64,000 bases of DNA. It comes from an uncultured Christensenellaceae bacterium (lineage in GTDB: Bacteria; Bacillota; Clostridia; Christensenellales; CAG-1252). The notes beneath the pieces were generated by a model. It saw only the letters and a list, made by a program, of their open reading frames with translations. It did no database searches and was not told the origin of the DNA. Both the position numbers and the translations under genes were made by a program. The first letter of the stretch is position 1. Every line of letters begins with the position of its first letter. The stretch is from contig CAYMNK010000003.1 in the NCBI GenBank assembly GCA_964391805.1, positions 11,362-75,361 on the forward strand. The letters are read 5' to 3'. Positions 60,641 through 64,000 of the stretch are shown here, one piece after another.

Positions 60641-61087
60641 TTAGAGTACCTCTACGACTCCACCTGCAGCTTTGATAGCTGCTTCAGCGGTTGCGCTGAA
60701 TTTAGCGGCTTTTACTGTTAACGCTTTATCTAATGTACCGTTGCCCAAAACCTTGAGTCCGTAAGGAGCTACCTTGGTAACGTATCCTACTGCAACTAAG
60801 CTCTCGGCGTCAACTACTTGACCGTTTTCGAACAACTCGTTAAGTTTATCGATGTTTACAACAGTGTACTCTTTCTTGAATATATTCGTAAATCCGCGTT
60901 TCGGGATCTTACGAGTTAAAGGCATTTGACCGCCTTCGAATCCGGGACGAACACCACCGCCACTACGAGCCCATTGACCCTTGTGACCTTTGGTAGAAGT
61001 CTTACCGTGACCGGAACCGATACCGCGACCTAATCTCTTGGAAGATTTCTTTTCGCCTACTTGAGGTTGTAAATCGTTAATTCTCAT
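60641..61087 (-). CDS. rplO: 50S ribosomal protein L15
   Basis: [19 protein letters not shown]. Confidence 0.97.
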   Translation of the reverse strand: MRINDLQPQVGEKKSSKRLGRGIGSGHGKTSTKGHKGQWARSGGGVRPGFEGGQMPLTRKIPKRGFTNIFKKEYTVVNIDKLNELFENGQVVDAESLVAVGYVTKVAPYGLKVLGNGTLDKALTVKAAKFSATAEAAIKAAGGVVEVL

Positions 61088-61097
61088 ATCTTCCTCC

Positions 61098-61283
61098 TTA
61101 TTCTTCTACGTTTTCTACCTTAACAAGGTGAGAAACGACTTTAATCATACCGCGAACTACGGGACCGTCTTCGTGAATGGCACTCGAACCAACCTTCTTT
61201 AATCCTAAAGCGGCAACGTTCTTTTTTTGCTTTTCCAATCCGCAGATTGTGCTCTTTACTAAAGTAACTTTAATCTTAGCCAT
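61098..61283 (-). CDS. rpmD: 50S ribosomal protein L30
   Basis: IKVTLVKS..G....ALGL..V.HLV. Confidence 0.95.
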   Translation of the reverse strand: MAKIKVTLVKSTICGLEKQKKNVAALGLKKVGSSAIHEDGPVVRGMIKVVSHLVKVENVEE

Positions 61284-61294
61284 AGTTCTTCTCC

Positions 61295-61831
61295 TTATTT
61301 ATCTTCGGGTTTAACAGACAATGCGGTAACTTCTTCTACGGTCTTTCCGCGTAATGCAGCGATTTGTTCTGCAGTACGAAGTCTCATCAAACCGTTCAAA
61401 GTAGCTCTTGCGTTGTTGATAGGATTGTTAGAACCTAAAGACTTTGCATTGATATCTTTGATTCCCGATAACTCTAATACGATACGAGCAGGACCACCTG
61501 CGATAACACCGGTACCTTCGGCAGCGGGCATTAATAATACTCTTGCACTACCATATTCACCGACGATCTCGTGAGGTATTGTTGTACCGACCATCGGAAC
61601 GTTGATCATATCGCGTCTTGCAGCATTTTCAGCTTTGGTGATAGCTTCGGTAGCTTCAACTGCCTTACCTTGACCTAAACCGACTCTGCCTTTCTTATCG
61701 CCAACTGCTACGAGAGCAGCTTGACGCATATTCTTACCGCCCTTAACAACCTTGGTTACGCGGTTCATCGATATGGTAACTTTTTCGATATCGTCTCTTT
61801 CTATTTTTTGAAATTTATCTTGTCTTGCCAT
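61295..61831 (-). CDS. rpsE: 30S ribosomal protein S5
   Basis: [27 protein letters not shown]. Confidence 0.97.
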   Translation of the reverse strand: MARQDKFQKIERDDIEKVTISMNRVTKVVKGGKNMRQAALVAVGDKKGRVGLGQGKAVEATEAITKAENAARRDMINVPMVGTTIPHEIVGEYGSARVLLMPAAEGTGVIAGGPARIVLELSGIKDINAKSLGSNNPINNARATLNGLMRLRTAEQIAALRGKTVEEVTALSVKPEDK

Positions 61832-61846
61832 TGTGTTTACCTCCGA

Positions 61847-62242
61847 TTAGAAATCAAGACCGCCTTCTCTTGCGCCCTCAGCGAGACTTTGAACACGACC
61901 GGTATAAATATAACCGCCACGATCAAATACAACTTGTTTGATACCAAGTGCTAAAGCCTTTTGAGCGATCGCCTTACCAACGACCTTTGCGGATTCGGAT
62001 TTATTCATATCCTTGATTTGCTCTGCAATTTCGGGTTCAACGGTGCTTGCAGCACAAAGTGTCTTGGCTTGAATAGCTTCGTCCTTGTTGATTCTCTTGA
62101 AGTCAACGATGATTTGAGCGTAGATGTGCTTTTCGCTACGATATACGCAGAGACGAGGTCTCTCATCGCTTCCGGAGATATGGTTTCTGATTCTCTTATG
62201 TCTTTTAATCCTTTCGGCCTTTTTATCAATTTTACTAATCAT
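61847..62242 (-). CDS. rplR: 50S ribosomal protein L18
   Basis: RPRL.V.RS..HIYAQ, VFDRGGY.Y.GRV, AREGGL.F. Confidence 0.97.
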   Translation of the reverse strand: MISKIDKKAERIKRHKRIRNHISGSDERPRLCVYRSEKHIYAQIIVDFKRINKDEAIQAKTLCAASTVEPEIAEQIKDMNKSESAKVVGKAIAQKALALGIKQVVFDRGGYIYTGRVQSLAEGAREGGLDF

Positions 62243-62254
62243 TTTCTATTCTCC

Positions 62255-62797
62255 TTACTTACCGGCTGTCTTACCTTCTTTCTTTACAAGAACTTCGTCT
62301 TTATACTTGATTCCGTAAAGATGGTACGGATCGGGAACTCTGATAGCCTTGATATCGGCTGCGGCTTGTCCAACTTTTTCCTTATCGATACCGCTAACGG
62401 TTAATTCTGTAGCGGAGGTGACTTGGATGGTAACACCTGCGGGTGCCTTGTAAACCTTGTCGTTGGCATAACCGACAGATAAGATAACGCCGTCGGGTCC
62501 GTTTTGAGTGCACTTAAAGCTTACGCCGTTAACTACTAATTCTTTCTTGTAGCCTTGGGTAACACCAATAATCATATTGTTGATAAGCACTCTGGTTAAA
62601 CCGTGTAAAGCCTTAACTGCTTTTGCATCATTGGGACGGGTAACGATAACGTGTCCGTCCTTGATTTCGATACCCATTCTGGAATCGAAAGATCTGGTCA
62701 ATGTTCCTAAGCTACCTTTAACGGTTACTACATTGTTTTCATTGGTAACAGTAACACCTGCGGGGATTGCTATGGGTAATCTTCCTATTCTCGACAT
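62255..62797 (-). CDS. rplF: 50S ribosomal protein L6
   Basis: MSRIGR.PI, HGLTR, PDPY..GIKY. Confidence 0.97.
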   Translation of the reverse strand: MSRIGRLPIAIPAGVTVTNENNVVTVKGSLGTLTRSFDSRMGIEIKDGHVIVTRPNDAKAVKALHGLTRVLINNMIIGVTQGYKKELVVNGVSFKCTQNGPDGVILSVGYANDKVYKAPAGVTIQVTSATELTVSGIDKEKVGQAAADIKAIRVPDPYHLYGIKYKDEVLVKKEGKTAGK

Positions 62798-62807
62798 AAC
62801 GCACCTC

Positions 62808-63215
62808 CTACCAAATGTAAGCCATTACTTCGCCGCCGATGTTTAATCCGCGAGCGTGTTTATCGGTCATGATACCTTTGCTTGTAGAAATGATAGCGAT
62901 ACCTAAGCCACCCAAAACTTTGGGTAAATCTTCGCAGTTAGCGTAGATTCTAAGACCGGGTTTACTAACTCTCTTCAAACCTGTGATAACATTTTGTCCA
63001 CCGGAAGCATATTTCAACTTAATGCGAATAACTCCCGAATAATCTTCTTTGCCAACCAATTCATAACCTGCGATGTAGCCTTCTTCCTTGAGTATCTCTG
63101 CGATAGCAATTTTAACTTTGCTACGAGGAATATCAACGGTTTCGTGCTTAGCGGTTAAAGCGTTTCTAATTCTGGTAAGCATATCAGCAACTGGATCGTT
63201 TACTAACATTGTCAT
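62808..63215 (-). CDS. rpsH: 30S ribosomal protein S8
   Basis: [25 protein letters not shown]. Confidence 0.97.
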   Translation of the reverse strand: MTMLVNDPVADMLTRIRNALTAKHETVDIPRSKVKIAIAEILKEEGYIAGYELVGKEDYSGVIRIKLKYASGGQNVITGLKRVSKPGLRIYANCEDLPKVLGGLGIAIISTSKGIMTDKHARGLNIGGEVMAYIW

Positions 63216-63229
63216 ATACCTCCCTTAAA

Positions 63230-63415
63230 TTACCAACTTGCTTTCTTGACACCGGGGATTTGTCCCTTGTATGCCAATTCTCTAAAACAAATTCTGCAAA
63301 TTCCGTACTTTCTTAGTACAGAGTGCGGTCTACCGCAAACTGTACAACGAGTATAAGCACGAGTTGAGAATTTCGGTTCTTGTTTTTGTTTATTCTTCAA
63401 TGAAGTTTTTGCCAT
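63230..63415 (-). CDS. rpsZ: 30S ribosomal protein S14 type Z
   Basis: 61 aa; RCTVCGR...CRICFR zinc finger. Confidence 0.96.
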   Translation of the reverse strand: MAKTSLKNKQKQEPKFSTRAYTRCTVCGRPHSVLRKYGICRICFRELAYKGQIPGVKKASW

Positions 63416-63429
63416 GTGTCCACCTCCGA

Positions 63430-64000
63430 TTAGTTACGAGCAAAGGGTACTCCCATGAGAGCCAAAAGTTCTTTAGCTTCTTCATCGGTGTTTGCCGTGG
63501 TAACGATACAAATATCCATACCTCTGGTCTTTTCTACTTGATCGTAAGAAATTTCAGGGAAGATAAGTTGTTCTTTAACACCCATTGAATAGTTGCCTCT
63601 TCCGTCAAAAGACTTGTTGGATACGCCCTTGAAGTCTCTAACACGGGGAAGAACGATACTGATGAGTTTATCTAAGAAGTCATACATTCTAACCGAACGT
63701 AAGGTAACCTTAGCACCAACATTCATTCCTTCTCTAACCTTGAAGTTCGCAACGCTCTTGGTAGCCTTGGTGATAACGGGCTTTTGACCGGAGATTTGTT
63801 CCATCTCTTGTACTGCGAGTTGGAAGCTCTTAGCGTTATCCTTGCAGTCACCTAAACCGCGGTTGAGAACGATTTTCTCGATTCTGGGAACCTGGTGAAT
63901 ATTCTTATAACCAAACTTTGCGATCATTTGAGGAACGACAACAGTTTGATAATGTGTCTTTAATCTGTATTCGCGGTTGTCGCCGGCTTTGATTTCAACA
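63430..64000 (-). CDS. rplE: 50S ribosomal protein L5; 5' end outside the window
   Basis: The frame stays open to the window edge ([31 protein letters not shown]...); LPRVRDF.G, FDGRGNY, FPEI. Confidence 0.96.
   Translation of the reverse strand, partial: VEIKAGDNREYRLKTHYQTVVVPQMIAKFGYKNIHQVPRIEKIVLNRGLGDCKDNAKSFQLAVQEMEQISGQKPVITKATKSVANFKVREGMNVGAKVTLRSVRMYDFLDKLISIVLPRVRDFKGVSNKSFDGRGNYSMGVKEQLIFPEISYDQVEKTRGMDICIVTTANTDEEAKELLALMGVPFARN

Overview
Low-GC Gram-positive (Clostridia-like) chromosomal window; the taxonomic impression comes from protein style and gene order only. The right half is housekeeping on the minus strand: spc/alpha ribosomal operons (rplE partial to rplQ), a large orphan lipoprotein, then rpoB-rpoC-metK-recD2-comF; typA-gltX-folA-dnaD-like lie at 21-26 kb. 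The left and middle carry four accessory loci. (1) 1-3297: two translationally coupled WYL genes, a ~450-nt structured non-coding region containing a tRNA-like (YrlA-like) module, and a slipin/SPFH gene running off the window; probably an RNA-damage/repair locus. (2) 6961-20828: a Gram-positive utilisation locus apparently for ribose-containing substrates, with a membrane-anchored surface protein, three GH-A-like lipoproteins (one lacking the acid/base Glu), AraC, nucleoside hydrolase, ABC importer and ribokinase. (3) 30365-33513: a TIR-NB-ARC-TPR NLR-like protein with a small coupled partner. (4) 33851-37638: a SipW signal peptidase with three SipW-type secreted proteins; two carry TasA-like N-terminal strands and carbohydrate-binding modules, one with 3x CBM26-like repeats. 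This is my best candidate for an undescribed system: a TasA-like fibre displaying starch-binding domains. At least nine intergenic regions contain a modular GTCAT(N)CTGAGCG-tagged palindromic repeat family whose hairpins covary between copies. A Thr T-box precedes thrS. I found no CRISPR array, rRNA, canonical tRNA, transposase or integrase. All family assignments are by motif recognition, not database search.
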